Source of the DNA: Chrysomallon squamiferum | Taxonomy: Eukaryota > Animalia > Mollusca | DNA length: 64,000 bases | Direction: 5' to 3' | Assembly: GCA_012295275.1 (NCBI GenBank) | Contig: CM022671.1 | Coordinates: forward strand, 31,000,001-31,064,000 | Part shown: positions 28,980 through 42,585 of the stretch, one piece after another | How positions within the stretch are numbered: position 1 is the first letter of the stretch | How the letters are laid out: each line of letters begins with the position of its first letter | The notes under the pieces: generated by a model | Seen by the model: the letters and a program-made list of their open reading frames with translations, nothing else | Databases searched by the model: none | Told to the model about the DNA's origin: nothing | Translations under genes and position numbers: made by a program

Positions 28980-29756
28980 GTACTACTATTACTACTACTA
29001 CTGATACTTCTAGTAGTAGTAGTAGTTGGTATAGTAGTATTAGCAGCGGTAATAGTAGTGGTGATAATAGTCGAAGCAGCAGCAGTACTAGTAGTAGTAA
29101 GTAGTAGCAGTAGTTGAATAAATCATGGTAGTTGGAATAAAACGAGGTAAAAGCAGCACTGAGCGTGGAAATGAGACGGTTTTTTTTATTTTTTATTCTA
29201 ACATCAAAGCAATTTTCAAGTGCTTTTTTTACGCGAAAATAAACATTTTGAACACGATGTACAAGATAAAGGTGAAAGTTCCGAGAAGTGAAATAAAAGT
29301 CGAATCAAACACTACGAACACGCGTTTCGGAAAAGCATCATTCATGTAATGCCTTGTCTTTTAACGGCCGATCTATCACGAAAGGTTACGAGAACCGACG
29401 ACCCCACTGCGGCCACTCGGGGTGGTCCGGCAATAAACGAGAAGTTAACGTTCGTGTTTACAGCCGCCGATGCCAACTTTTACACGCCTCTTTGATATGC
29501 ATAAACAAAGAAGATAAATGCAAAACAAACACAATTCCTTAGGATATTCCGTTAGAAAGTCGTCTTTCATCTAAACAACCTATTTCTTGCAATAACACAA
29601 CAAAGTGCCATGGATATTCCAGATGTCCAAATGCTTTGTAAATTTAGGAGAGTAAGAAGAAGAAGAAAAAAAAAAGAAGAAGAAGAAGAAGAACGGATGA
29701 AGGAGGATTATGATGATGGCGACAAATTTGATAACAATGGATTCAAACATAAATTG

Positions 29757-29846
<90 letters not shown>

Positions 29847-30812
29847 CAATCTGTAAATAAACATTTCATACACAAGACGTCACATACTCAGAAACAACGA
29901 ACACAATTTCACACTAAATAGATCATAATTACTGGTAATTTAGGTATAATTATAAGCAAATATACACACAGCATCTGCACCTAATAGGTTCTGGTTTTGC
30001 TTGTAAATATTCATGAAAGAAAGAGAGAGAGAGAGAACATACACAAGGCTATATAATGTCTTTATAAGTTCTCCTGCAATAACCGTATTAATAATATACA
30101 TCCAACGTTTCGTTCTGTTTTGATCTCAAGTCAGGTTATGCGAAACGATATTAACCGATAAAAGAAAGAAGAAAAAAAAAAAAGCGAGAACGTGTTTACA
30201 TTTGCGGAAAACGTGTTTTAATACGAAACTAATAATTCAACACCTAAAACATCTTAAAAGAATTTGATATTTAGACAGGAATTCCTGGCTTCTGGGTTCT
30301 ATAATGTTAACAGAAATCAGTACAGTCCAAAGCAGACTTGAAACTGATACGAAACTTCGGCTACTAAAACAAAAAACAAAAAAAAATAGTACCAAACGGC
30401 CAGACATGCTCTCTGCCCGTAGGGGGGTGGGTGGTTGGGGTTGATTCCGGAGACTTCAAACGAAACCTAATAATTCCGGAATGCCACAAACGAAACAGAA
30501 CGCATCGATTCCACACTGTTAAATTGTGTGGGTTTTTTTTTTTTTTTTTCCTCTGTGTCCTGAAAGAGGTGTACGACATTTTTTTGTTTGTTATTTCTAA
30601 TTAGGAAAGCTCCGGCGGAATGTGATTCAGCGCGTATCACAATAAACGAACCGTTTTCTCTGTGGCGAATGCTGTTTATTACAGGTATATTTCCCACGTG
30701 TCAGAAACTAAACACGCCCCACCCTGCTGCGGAGTACAGACGGTGCGCTGGGGGAGATTCAGTGCTGTGTGGTGTGTTGGTGTAGCTGTTGTTGACCAGG
30801 TAACGGCAGAGG

Positions 30813-32604
30813 GGCTTAGTCCCATATGGTAGAATCCCATTTCGTAGAAAGGCTAAATGTGGTTCAGTGGACTTATTGACATGCTTGGTTTTACCTCAGT
30901 CATTATAATGAACTGCTCCAGATTATTTGGAAAGCGATTATTATTGAACAAATACAGTAACACCTCGCTTAACGATATCCCGCTTTAACAATCTTTCTTC
31001 TTTACAAATTATATAAATAGAAATTTAATTTAATAGTTAATTGCTCGAAATAAATGATACAAATGTATACAATGCATGTTTTTAAAGTCTGTTTTCTTTA
31101 ATTTTTCGTTCATTCACGAGCTTCTGTCAGCTGTGTTGATCAGATGACAGGTCATATGTGCATCTGATATTCTGATTCTCTTTTGTCTTCTGCTTCGATT
31201 TAGACTTAAACTTGTTTGTAATTTACCCTTCCAATATGTCAAAACGAATAACACGATACCGGCAAATGCTGATGATAAAAAGAAACGGAAAACAATAACT
31301 TTAGAAACAAAATACATTATCTTAAATGAAACCAAAACCCACAAATGAGCGGCATATAATTATTTCTTAATGTATTTGTATAAATTGATTTGTAAATGAT
31401 TTACTGTTTATTTAATATCTACAATCTATTAAATCATTTATGTCTAAATTGCCGTTTTATTTCTCCTTATTTCACCTTTTTTTTATTTTTTATGTCAGAT
31501 CTCATAAGCGAGAAAGTAACTACTGCTTTTAACCTTAATTCTGTGTAAATTAGTCTCCCGCTTACCTCACTTCACTATCGGAAATTTGGAACCAATTACA
31601 TCTTTAATCTGAGGTATTATTGTAGTATGGTTATCACTTATCGCATAAAGTATGCAAATACGACAAATATCGAAATAATCTATGTATCGAATATAGTGAA
31701 TGTAAATAATTAAAAAAGAAGGTATTTATCTAAAAGTATTCCCAATGATTTGGTCCTTCGTATAAACTTTTTCAGTCATAGCCAAAGTATTTGCAGGTCA
31801 TAATATCTTTAGTGTACATACTATTAATATACTATGTCACATATATTGTATAATATGTGCACAATCTGAATATGTATGTGTGCATAACGTAAATATGATC
31901 AGTAACAGATATCTTGTACATGTTTAAGCTGAATATGGTTGAATTCGAAAAGTTAATGATAAATGTAACGTTCAAATATTCTATTTACTGAATATAAGTA
32001 AATTACTCGTATGTAAAAAATGTTTTGTTAAAAATTATATTGCTGAATTAGTTATTTATAATATTTTTGTCGTATTTTCTTACAGAAGCAAGCCATTTTT
32101 CTTTTCTTTCATTCTTTTTTCGTTTTGTATTTTAATAGATAGATGAAATTGACGTAAAATTGTTTATTATTGGTTGCTTGTTTTGTAATGGAAAGGAAAT
32201 GTTTATGAATTAGAAATGACCAGTTTAAAAAAAAATAAAAAATAATAAAAATAATAATAATAGTAACAGTAATTATAATAATAAGAATAAGAATAAGAAG
32301 AATAATAACAACAATAATAATAGTAATAATATTATAATAATAATAATGATGATGATAATGAGGAAGAGGAAGATGATGATAATAATGAAAAAGTAACAGA
32401 TCTACAACAAATGAGCAGTGAACGCTTATTCTGCTTTCGGTTGATGTTACATAATCGATTTAGGAACAATGCGCTCCGCCTCTGAATGTTAGAAAGAAAC
32501 CAGATGTATGCACAGGCCAAGTTCATTATATACAGAGGTAATCAGGTATTGCGGTAGACCAGCTTTTTCTACGAAATGGGAATTCTACCAAATGGGAAGA
32601 CACC
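30813..32604. mobile_element. Non-autonomous TIR DNA transposon, Mutator/MULE-like (9-bp TSD)
   Basis: Left end GGCTTAGTCCCATATGGTAGAATCCCATTTCGTAGAAA versus reverse-complemented right end GGTGTCTTCCCATTTGGTAGAATTCCCATTTCGTAGAAA. A perfect direct repeat CGGCAGAGG lies immediately outside both ends (30804-30812 and 32605-32613). No transposase ORF. Confidence 0.85.
30955..31622 (+). mobile_element. Tigger/pogo-like (Tc1/mariner) internally deleted element nested in the MULE-like element
   Basis: TA|CAGTAACACCTCGCTTAA at the left end and TTAATCTGAGGTATTATTG|TA at the right end give imperfect TIRs with a TA TSD. An internal frameshifted remnant ATG(31236)...KKKRKTITLETKYIILN (31277-31327) resembles the N-terminal HTH-psq start of pogo/Tigger transposases. 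Confidence 0.75.
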
Positions 32605-32702
32605 CGGCAGAGGTTGGTCGGTACCAAACGACGCGGTACACGTCCCGTGTTTATCATACGCAGAGGACGGTGAAAGCAAAATGTATCCATCGTGTTTCTG
32701 GT

Positions 32703-32746
<44 letters not shown>

Positions 32747-34701
32747 CTGTGTATTTAGTGTGTATATGTGTTATGTGTGTATGTGTGTGGGTGTGGATGG
32801 TATGTGTATGCCTCTGTGTATTAAATAAAGTATATATGAAAGTATTTTCATACATACGTAGGTTACTATACTCATTATGTGTATATGTGTATGCTTATAT
32901 ATATATATACCAGCATATATATATGTATGTATTTAAAAAAATAAAATATGGACATACATACACACATATACACGTGGATATTTACTTATATAGATACATC
33001 CTATATACATACTTACAAACATATATACCTGGGTATTTACTTATATACGTACATAGAATATATTCAGATATACATACATGTATAAATATAAATAACGTAT
33101 ACACAATATATATGTATGTATGTATGTATGTATAATGCTATTCAGTATATTATTACTGAACATGAGTGGTTCACCAAGTACGTTATATATTGTTATACAC
33201 TATGTTGTAGGCGTAAAGTCTATTTTCAATATTTTATGGATTTTTCACTGTCTTACTTCCTAACAATGGAAAATAATCCTTTTATTTTGTATTAAATCAC
33301 ACCTGAGATTAAAGTCTTAACGTGTGTGTGGTGCTGATGTCTTGAAGATTATTAAGGCCACAGATACCTAGGGACACATGTATATATACATATATACACA
33401 CACGTCTACACATACACACTTACACCGACATATATACACATAGATATATGGGCTATATATATATATATATATATACAGATAAATATATGTGTATATATGT
33501 ATGTGTGTTTAACGGTGTTTATAATTAACATATGTGTATGTATGCATGTACCTTTGTATAATGTATCTGTATGTGTATACATACATACATGAACAGACAC
33601 ACAAACACACACACAGATACATACATGTATAATATATGTTTGCCTAGGTGTGTATGTGTTTATTTTTGTGTGTGTGGTTATATGAATGCATTTACAAAGG
33701 CGTGGTCGAAAGAGAAAAAAAAAAAAAAGAGAAAGAAAACAAACAAAAAAAAAGAAAGAAATATTTCATCAGAAAGCTCTTGTCATCAGCTGCGGGTGGG
33801 AGTTACGTCATCAGCACGCTCATTACAACTGTGACCTTCGACCTCAGTGTTAAAAACATTTCCTCTCCTCACGTTCATGACGGCCTATTCTTCACTCGTT
33901 CAGATACAGCGTGGAAAAAAATAAAACAAACAATCTTGTTCTTTGCTGTCTGATATTAATAAATATCAGTTTTATACCAAAGGTTAATACTGGAAGGTTG
34001 CAGCTTTGAAGCATGGACGCCAAAGAATAGCAAGAATAGCTGGTGGAAATCCTAGAAGAAAAGTCTATAAATGTCAAGATACGGACGCATTAGAAGCGAA
34101 ATTAACCTCATATTAAATATTTCTGTGTGGATTTCGAGAGATTCGAATAAGGCGGCGAGCGATGATACGTGAACACTCGCCTGAAGCATGCAGCACGTGG
34201 CGGCGAGTTCTCGTCCATTGTTTTAACACTCGCCTGAAATGTAGGTTTCATATTGAGATCTTAGTTATGCCCTGGAAATAAGCTTTATAGCTGATATTTC
34301 ATAAAGAATTTCGAAACACGAGCTTTTATACGCGCGCGTACACACACACACACATGCAAATACATACGTACACACAGGCGCTCGCACATGCAAATACATA
34401 CGCACACACAGGCGCACACACATACAGCACTGGTGTTACGAATAACTTTAAAACAGTTTATAAGGTACAATAGATATTTTAAGTTATTGTTTTCATACCA
34501 ACTACAGCAACAACCATAATAAATACATAAATAAATAAATAAATAAATAAATAAATGATGACAAATTTATTCATCGGTTATCTTGCACATAAAATATAAA
34601 TTGTATTTTATTTCCATCGAAAACGTAGGTTTCTTATTTCTTATCATTATTGTGATCATAGTTGCTGTTGGTGGTATTTTATATTTTAGATATGCAATGT
34701 A

Positions 34702-34765
<64 letters not shown>

Positions 34766-34897
34766 TTAAAACCCCTAAATTTTAGAAACATCTTTTTGTT
34801 TCAAATAATATAAAATTCATTTACCTCTTTTTCTTTTTCCTAAATTAAATTGTCCAAAACACTAACACGTCTAACAAATTGTTATTTTTTTTAAATT

Positions 34898-34925
34898 TTA
34901 TGACGTCATAAAGAGTGTCACGTGA
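34898..34925. promoter_or_regulatory. CRE plus E-box composite module, copy 2 (inverted)
   Basis: TTATGACGTCATAAAGAGTGTCACGTGA, with the same spacing as copy 1. Confidence 0.5.
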
Positions 34926-35097
34926 TCTTGACTTAGTAACGTAACAGCGTTTATTTATGGTTCTCCGGTAGTTCAGTCATTTTGTTGCAGAAGATGTACA
35001 GGTAAGATAATATTATATATGTTTTAACTATGAAGTTGTTGTTGTTATTGTTTTTATTATTGTTGTTGCTGTTGCTGTTTTTGTTATTAATTAATTA

Positions 35098-35149
<52 letters not shown>

Positions 35150-35248
35150 GTCGTTGTTGTTGTTACTGCTGCTGCTGCTGCTGATATGATTATTTTGCTG
35201 TTCTTCTTATTGTTGTTGTTATTGTTGGTGGGTTGTTTATTATTATTG

Positions 35249-35355
<107 letters not shown>

Positions 35356-35798
35356 ACTGCTGCTATGGTCAATTTGTTGTATACAAGTTTATTCTTCATA
35401 TAATAACCCAGGTAATGGTTTTTCCGTCTCGCTTAAAACATAAAATATATAAAAAAGCAAACTATTATAAAATAAAAAATAATAAAGTTAAATAACAAAT
35501 AATAATTAAAAAAAAACAACAAATAAATAAAACAAACAAACAAACAAAAATACAATAAAAATAAAACATTGACGACGACGATGACAACACCTACAACAGC
35601 AACAGCAACAACAACGACAAAAATAACAATATTTTGACGATGACCCAGTTTACCTAAAGGTTATCAATATATTCCGTTGACGGAATAATAATAGATATTT
35701 GAAAAACACTGAAAACTAAATTTATTTTCTCCCCCCTTTTTTATTGCGGACAAAAATACAACAACAACAACAACAACAACAAAAACAACAACAACAAC

Positions 35799-35836
<38 letters not shown>

Positions 35837-36087
35837 TAATAACAATAATAATAATAATAATAATAATAATGATGATGATTGATGATGATGATGTTGCTGT
35901 GATGATGATGATGATAATAATAATAATCAACAGGGAAGAGTACCAGCAATTTTTTATTTTCAGTAACAAAACTAAAACTTTTTACAAAAAATTTGTGCCA
36001 TAATTTTGATATGAACCACCATTACAAAGGTATGGCCCATGTTCTCACCAGTTTTTATTTCGTTTTTTTTGATTGCTTTAAATACAG

Positions 36088-36137
<50 letters not shown>

Positions 36138-37241
36138 TCTCAGACGCAACAACTCTGACGTTATGTTACACCCTGTTATGCCGCTGATGAAGATGTTGAT
36201 GTGCACGTCATGTCTTGTTATGATACTGAAAAAAGTAAATAAACAAAACCACGTGGCTGTTGATGTAGTTTGGACAGAGAGACTGTTTACACTGAAATAA
36301 TACTTACATACAAAAAGTAAACAAAAAGTGAAAGTTAAGTAAATAAAGCAAAAGTTGATGGAAAAATTTGATGACAGATTGTCTGCAGTCCGCATGTTTG
36401 TCTGTACTTTCTAACTGTTTATGTCTGTCAGACTACAGTTCTAAATTGATTGTATTAATACACAATGTTTTATTTCTGTTTTCCTCTGGATTTTTGTTTT
36501 TCTATCTCTCTGTTTTTTTTTTTTTTTTTTTTTTACATTTTTCTTGCTTTTTTCTACATAGCTATTTCTCACCAATTTCACGTTCATTCTTTATTATTTT
36601 ATTTTTTTTCCCCCGTTTCTTTCAAATTATTAGAAATACAAAAAAAAAAAAAAAAAAAAAAATTAAAATAAAAATAAAATATCATTATAAAACTGTGTAA
36701 AGGCTAATTTTAAGCCTGACAATATCGACTAAAAGTAAACTTGCTGAATATATATATATATATATATATTAATATAGCTACGTTGTTTTTCCTAAAAATA
36801 TTAACATCAGCATTTTACAACGACGACTGCAAAATTGTGTTTAAAAATAAATAAAAAAATAATCATATATATATATATAAAATAAATAAAAACAATCAAA
36901 CAAAATACATATAATAACATTGGGCTCAAAAATAATGTTAATACATTAAAAGAGGACAAATATTCGTGATAACGAAAAAGTTTGCTTAGACGATCTCTAA
37001 AACTGTGTTGGCTAATTTGTGCTTACCAGCAAGAATAGAAATATCTTTACAAGCCAAGGCTTTCTTCTGTAGGGAATATTAAACAAGTCGCTTTCTTAAT
37101 AAAGTTCTTCAAAAGAGAATTATATACATAAATATATATATACAACATAATTATAAATAAAGAACTGTTAACACGAAGTATCCGAGTTCGATTGACAGTA
37201 TTTCAAAGGATCTGAAAACGCAAAAAATGTACGAGGCACAA

Positions 37242-37301
<60 letters not shown>

Positions 37302-38665
37302 TTCATTTTTTTTATTATTATTTCATTTTTTTTCTTCTATTTTTTCATCCTTTATCATTTATTATGAATATGTTTTACGACTGTGAAATGAATTGTGGGA
37401 ATTAAGATGCAGAGGCGGTTAAGAAATATATTTTCAAAAATGTTCATAACCCGTAGATTGTATTTAGTTGTGCGTTGTGTCGTTGTTTGATTCTAGAAAA
37501 CGTCAAATGAATGTAGAGATATTTAATGAATGTTAATCATTAGCACAGACAGAACAAATCATAATAATAATAATAATAAACTTTAGTAAAAGAAATTCAA
37601 TATAAAAAGTATTTCGGTTTCCTACTCCCTACCCCCTCCAGCTCCGTTACTGTTGACAAATAAAACCAAAAATAAAATTTAAATATTTTTCACAAATCGA
37701 GTCTCGTCAGTTCAGTACGGTACTCTGCCCGCGAGGTAAGTGACGCCCACCAGCAGGGAAAACAGGGTGGAGTTCTAGAGGAGTGATGACACCCCCCCCC
37801 ACCCGTGTCCTCCGTGAGTTTCCTTTGCTGGCGTAGGCAAAACATGGATAGAGTGACGTCATAAAGCAATGATGTAATAAATCTCATGAAATTGTTTATA
37901 ATATCATGTATCATTATGGATGGTAAAAAAATAAATATATATATAATTCTGCCTATTCTTCGTAATTCAAAATAATATTATGATTTTTTTTTTTTTTTTT
38001 TTTTTTTGTATTTCTGTTAGAATTTTTCGACTGAGATTGTTTCCATCCATTATACGAAATTCTGCTCCTACAGTTTAACCTGTTTTATGATTAAAGAAAA
38101 AAATAATTAAAGAAAAAAAAAAGAAAAAAGAAAGACAGAAAACGAGATGAGTATATACACCCCACATTTGAGATTCTTCTCTATTCAAATTTCAAGATCT
38201 GCCCTAGCATATACTCTAATATGAACGACTGTCAAAAAGAAAAGAAAAAAGAAAAGCAGTCTGGTTCACTGATATCACCTAGCCAAAATGATTAGCTGCT
38301 TCTCTGTTTTTATTTTTATTTCTTTCTTTCTTTTATTTTATTTTACTTGTTTGTTTTTCTTTCTTTCTTTCTTTTCTTTCTTTCTTTCTTTCTTCCTTTC
38401 TTTTCTTCATTCTATCTTTCTTTCTTCTTTCCTTTCTGACCTATCGTACGACACTGCTTTCTGTTAGCGGCCTGAAACAGCGTGCGCTTTCTGAATTTCT
38501 AAATTATAACTATCATTTCTTATCCATTAAAAAAAAAAAAAAAAAAAAATAAATAAAATCAAAATCAAAAACAAATAACTTCAAATGACCCCCTCCCTCT
38601 CTCTCTCGCGCGCCTCTACTGACATAACCAGATCTTTCTCTTCGCTCACAACAGCCTCGAAACAT

Positions 38666-39093
38666 TTAATCTTCTTCGCCCTGTCTCAGCGCCAGCTGCG
38701 TGTGTCCGTTCCAGTTCGAGTCAAACGGTTTGCTCTCCTCTTCCTGCCTCCTCCTGCTCCTCCTCCTGTTGTCGCAGAACGTCCTCAGCTTGCACAGCAG
38801 AAACACAAAGCAGTGCTCGCACGGCAGCACGACGAACGTACTCACGAACACAATGGGCAGAGTCAGCCTGAGTCGGTCCCACTTGAGAATTCTGTAGATG
38901 TACGGCTCTCCGGCGAGGTTGGTCCCGTCGGCGGCGAAGTACGCGACCGTGAACACCGTGTACAACGTCCCGAACGCGACGGGATACACGAAGTGGAGGA
39001 GGCGGACGGGCGTCGCCGTGACGAGGATGTTGAGGAAGACGTAGAAGGAGTTGAAGCCGTGGACTGCCAGTCGGACGGGCGTGAGTTGCTGGT
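38666..39093 (-). CDS. rost: Rolling stone-like paralog B, exon 4 (last); full CDS 849 nt, 282 aa
   Basis: Acceptor TTTTTCCAACAG at 39094. Translates DQQLTPVRLAVHGFNSFYVFLNILVTATPVRLLHFVYPVAFGTLYTVF...GEPYIYRILKW..., with TAA ending at 38666. Exon lengths 78+232+111+428=849 are in frame. Confidence 0.92.
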
Positions 39094-39123
39094 CTGTTGG
39101 AAAAATAACGTCGTGTTTTGAAA

Positions 39124-39167
<44 letters not shown>

Positions 39168-39649
39168 GAAAGAGAGACAGAGAGAGAGACAGACAGACAG
39201 AGAGAGAAAAAAAAAGAAAAAAAAAAAAAAAAAAAATAGAAAAAAAAAAAAAAATAAAAAAAAAAAAAAAAAAAAAAATAAAATGAAATAAAAAATAAAC
39301 ATAAAAATATGTCAACAAAGAATAATAAATAAAAAAAAAAAAAAATAAATATAAATAAAATAAAAAAAAAAATAAAAAAAAATTAAAATAAAAATTAAAA
39401 ATAAAAATTAAAATAAAATAAAAAAATAAATAAAAAAAAAAAAAATAAAAAAAAAATAAAATAAAATAAAATAAAATTAAAATAAAATAAAAATAAAATA
39501 AAATGACAATAGAAACACATGAATTTCACATCATAAAATAACAAATTTAAAACTGTTTAGTAATACAGGTAGACTCACACGAGAAAATTACGAGCTAACA
39601 GAAACGTGTGCATTAAACAGCCAACACGTAAAATGAAACGTACGTTTAC

Positions 39650-39760
39650 CTTTAAAGATAATGAGCCAGTAGAAGGCGCTGATGTGAAAGCTGCCTGAAG
39701 TGACGATGGTGTACAGCAACCACTGCACCTTCAAGTACCAAGGCATAGTGTTCGTTTTAC
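39650..39760 (-). CDS. rost: Rolling stone-like paralog B, exon 3 (111 nt; GKTNTMPWYLKVQWLLYTIVTSGSFHISAFYWLIIFK)
   Basis: Acceptor ATCTTTGAAG at 39761, donor AAG|GTAAAC after 39650. Same length as paralog A exon 3, with 15 of 37 residues identical by hand count. Confidence 0.88.
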
Positions 39761-40059
39761 CTTCAAAGATAATACACACACATGTAACTTATATATAGTA
39801 ATAGTATGTATGTATGCATTTGTGTAAGTACCAAGGCATAGTGTTCGTTTTACCTGTCACACACAGTGTACATGGTATGTATTTTAGACATTTACATGGT
39901 GCTTTTTAGACTCGCACACGCACACGCATACACGCACATACACAAAACCAAGACAATAATTTTTACCAGCCATAGACGTCACATTCGTGTCGACACTACA
40001 ACACATATTTAGAGACCGTTTTTTTAAAAAACATTTCACACCCACGCGTATAATGTAAA

Positions 40060-40156
<97 letters not shown>

Positions 40157-40240
40157 AAAAAATAATAATAAAAATAAAAATAAAAATAACAACAACAAAC
40201 AACAACAACTATAAAAACTACAACAATAATAAGAAGAATG

Positions 40241-40271
<31 letters not shown>

Positions 40272-40494
40272 GTGTTTATGTATACATATATATTTCTATC
40301 ATAATAAAATTCGCTAAACAAATTCTTTATATGAGCAAACTGCAGAGCTGTGGGAAAACTTGGCAGGAAGAAAGATTTGCTTTATTCTGCAGGTTATCAC
40401 TCAAACTGCTCCTTTCTTTGACACGTTAAACCGTTCCTGTGAACAAATCAGTTCCAACAACCCCCATCAGAGAATTATTTTTATTTCTGGGAAT

Positions 40495-40975
<481 letters not shown>

Positions 40976-41547
40976 ATTTTAAGAAATACAAATATAAAGA
41001 AGAAGACTGTAGTACATGGGTTAGAACAATGACACAGTGAATGATAAAATCAATCCTTCTAAATTCTTCTTTTAAATTATTTCCCGTTCCAACTACTTCC
41101 CCACCACACGGTTTTTATAGGCTTTACTGGTGTTTTACTGTTTATGTGAAGTTACAGGTAAATTTTATTTTGCTGCTAATCTATAACAAAAGTCCTCAGA
41201 CAGAAGACTGAGGCTTGGTTTCCTTTATGTCATCATTATCAAATACTGACTTACAACTACAGGACTCAGATATATAGAGTTTCCATAGTGATAGAGGAAT
41301 CTTTAATTATTTGGAAATAAAATCGGAGTGTTATTGAATAAGTACATTTATTTACATTTATTTATTTATTTTTACGTGTATATGGGATTATAAATAACAG
41401 TGACATCGAAGAGATAAAACGTAATTAAAATATACAAGATCTGAATCGTTTTCAGAATATAAATTTCCTGAAATGAAATTTTGGGTTCATTTTGTACACA
41501 TATCAGTATTAATTTAAAATCTAGAGAATGGAATTCTCATACATCAC

Positions 41548-41895
41548 ACGTTATAACTCTGTAAATGAAGTTCACGCTCTAAGTTATAATTACTGACGCT
41601 TCAAATGTAATTCACGCTACAAGGTATAACTACACACGATGTAAATGAACTCCACGCTATAAGTTACAATTACTGAAACTATAATCCTAGTTCACGCTGT
41701 AAGTTATAATCATGACGCTATAAATGGGGTTCAAATTTTTTATTGTAATTTATTATTAATAAATTATATAAATAAGGTTCATGCAGTGAATTACAATTAC
41801 TGAATTAGGTTTACATAATAAATTATAATTTAATGATGTTATAAACGAGATGCATGCTATAAATTACAATTTCTTTCTGACGCTGTAAACTAGAC
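41548..41895. repeat. Degenerate minisatellite, unit about 40 bp (GTTCACGCTATAAGTTATAATTACTGACGCTATAAATG-like)
   Basis: Recurring TTCACGCT..AAGTTA(T/C)AATTACTGA at roughly 40-bp spacing. Confidence 0.75.
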
Positions 41896-42353
41896 TTCTG
41901 CAACAAATCACAGTTAATTAATGACGCGTCGAAAGATTTTCGTGTTACATGCAACAATTAATTCACACTTGAAACCATAACTAATTTCTCGTGCTCAACC
42001 TGTACGACTGATAATTAATTGCACGCTGATAACGTGCCATCTTTCAAAACAAAAAGCACGCGAGGTACGCTTAAACCGCAAACCGCACTGACGTTCATTA
42101 CGAGGCAATTTGTCATCTGCGCGAAGAAAAGTAATGGCTGGAGTCGCTCTCAATTATGGCTCTCTAATGCGAGGAGTTTAAAAAGTGAACTCGCTCTCTA
42201 ATGAAGTGAGATTTAAAACTCGTGGCATTTAGGGGGGAGGATCTGTTTGTGTCAATATTATGTTCAAGCGACCACATCCGTCGCTAAATTGATCAAAATT
42301 GCAGGCCAGACCAAGCGCGTGTTTGGAGGGTTTAGCATCGTGTTAACAAATAC

Positions 42354-42585
42354 CTGACAGGATGTCTTTCCTCTTGGTCGTCACAAAAACCAAAACCGCG
42401 GCTTCCATCCACGTTTCCACTGTCAGCATTAGGTAGGTCCAGTTGCTGAGGTAGATGAACCATTTGCCTTTGTCCGATGACGTCGCAGACGTTCCTGACG
42501 TCAAGGCGAGGCTCGTTGCAATCCAGGCGGTGTGAAAAGCGGCCCAGAACAGCCTCCATAACGAGTACAGCTTCGAGTGGCCCCA
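42354..42585 (-). CDS. rost: Rolling stone-like paralog B, exon 2 (232 nt; WGHSKLYSLWRLFWAAFH...KWFIYLSNWTY...)
   Basis: Acceptor TTTGTTTCCAG at 42586, donor G|GTATTT after 42354. Same length and phases as paralog A exon 2. Confidence 0.92.

Noticed and set aside
38585-39318. Long overlapping ORFs on both strands (178, 193 and 151 aa)
   Set aside because: They are shadow frames of the GC-rich last exon of paralog B, extended into repeats.
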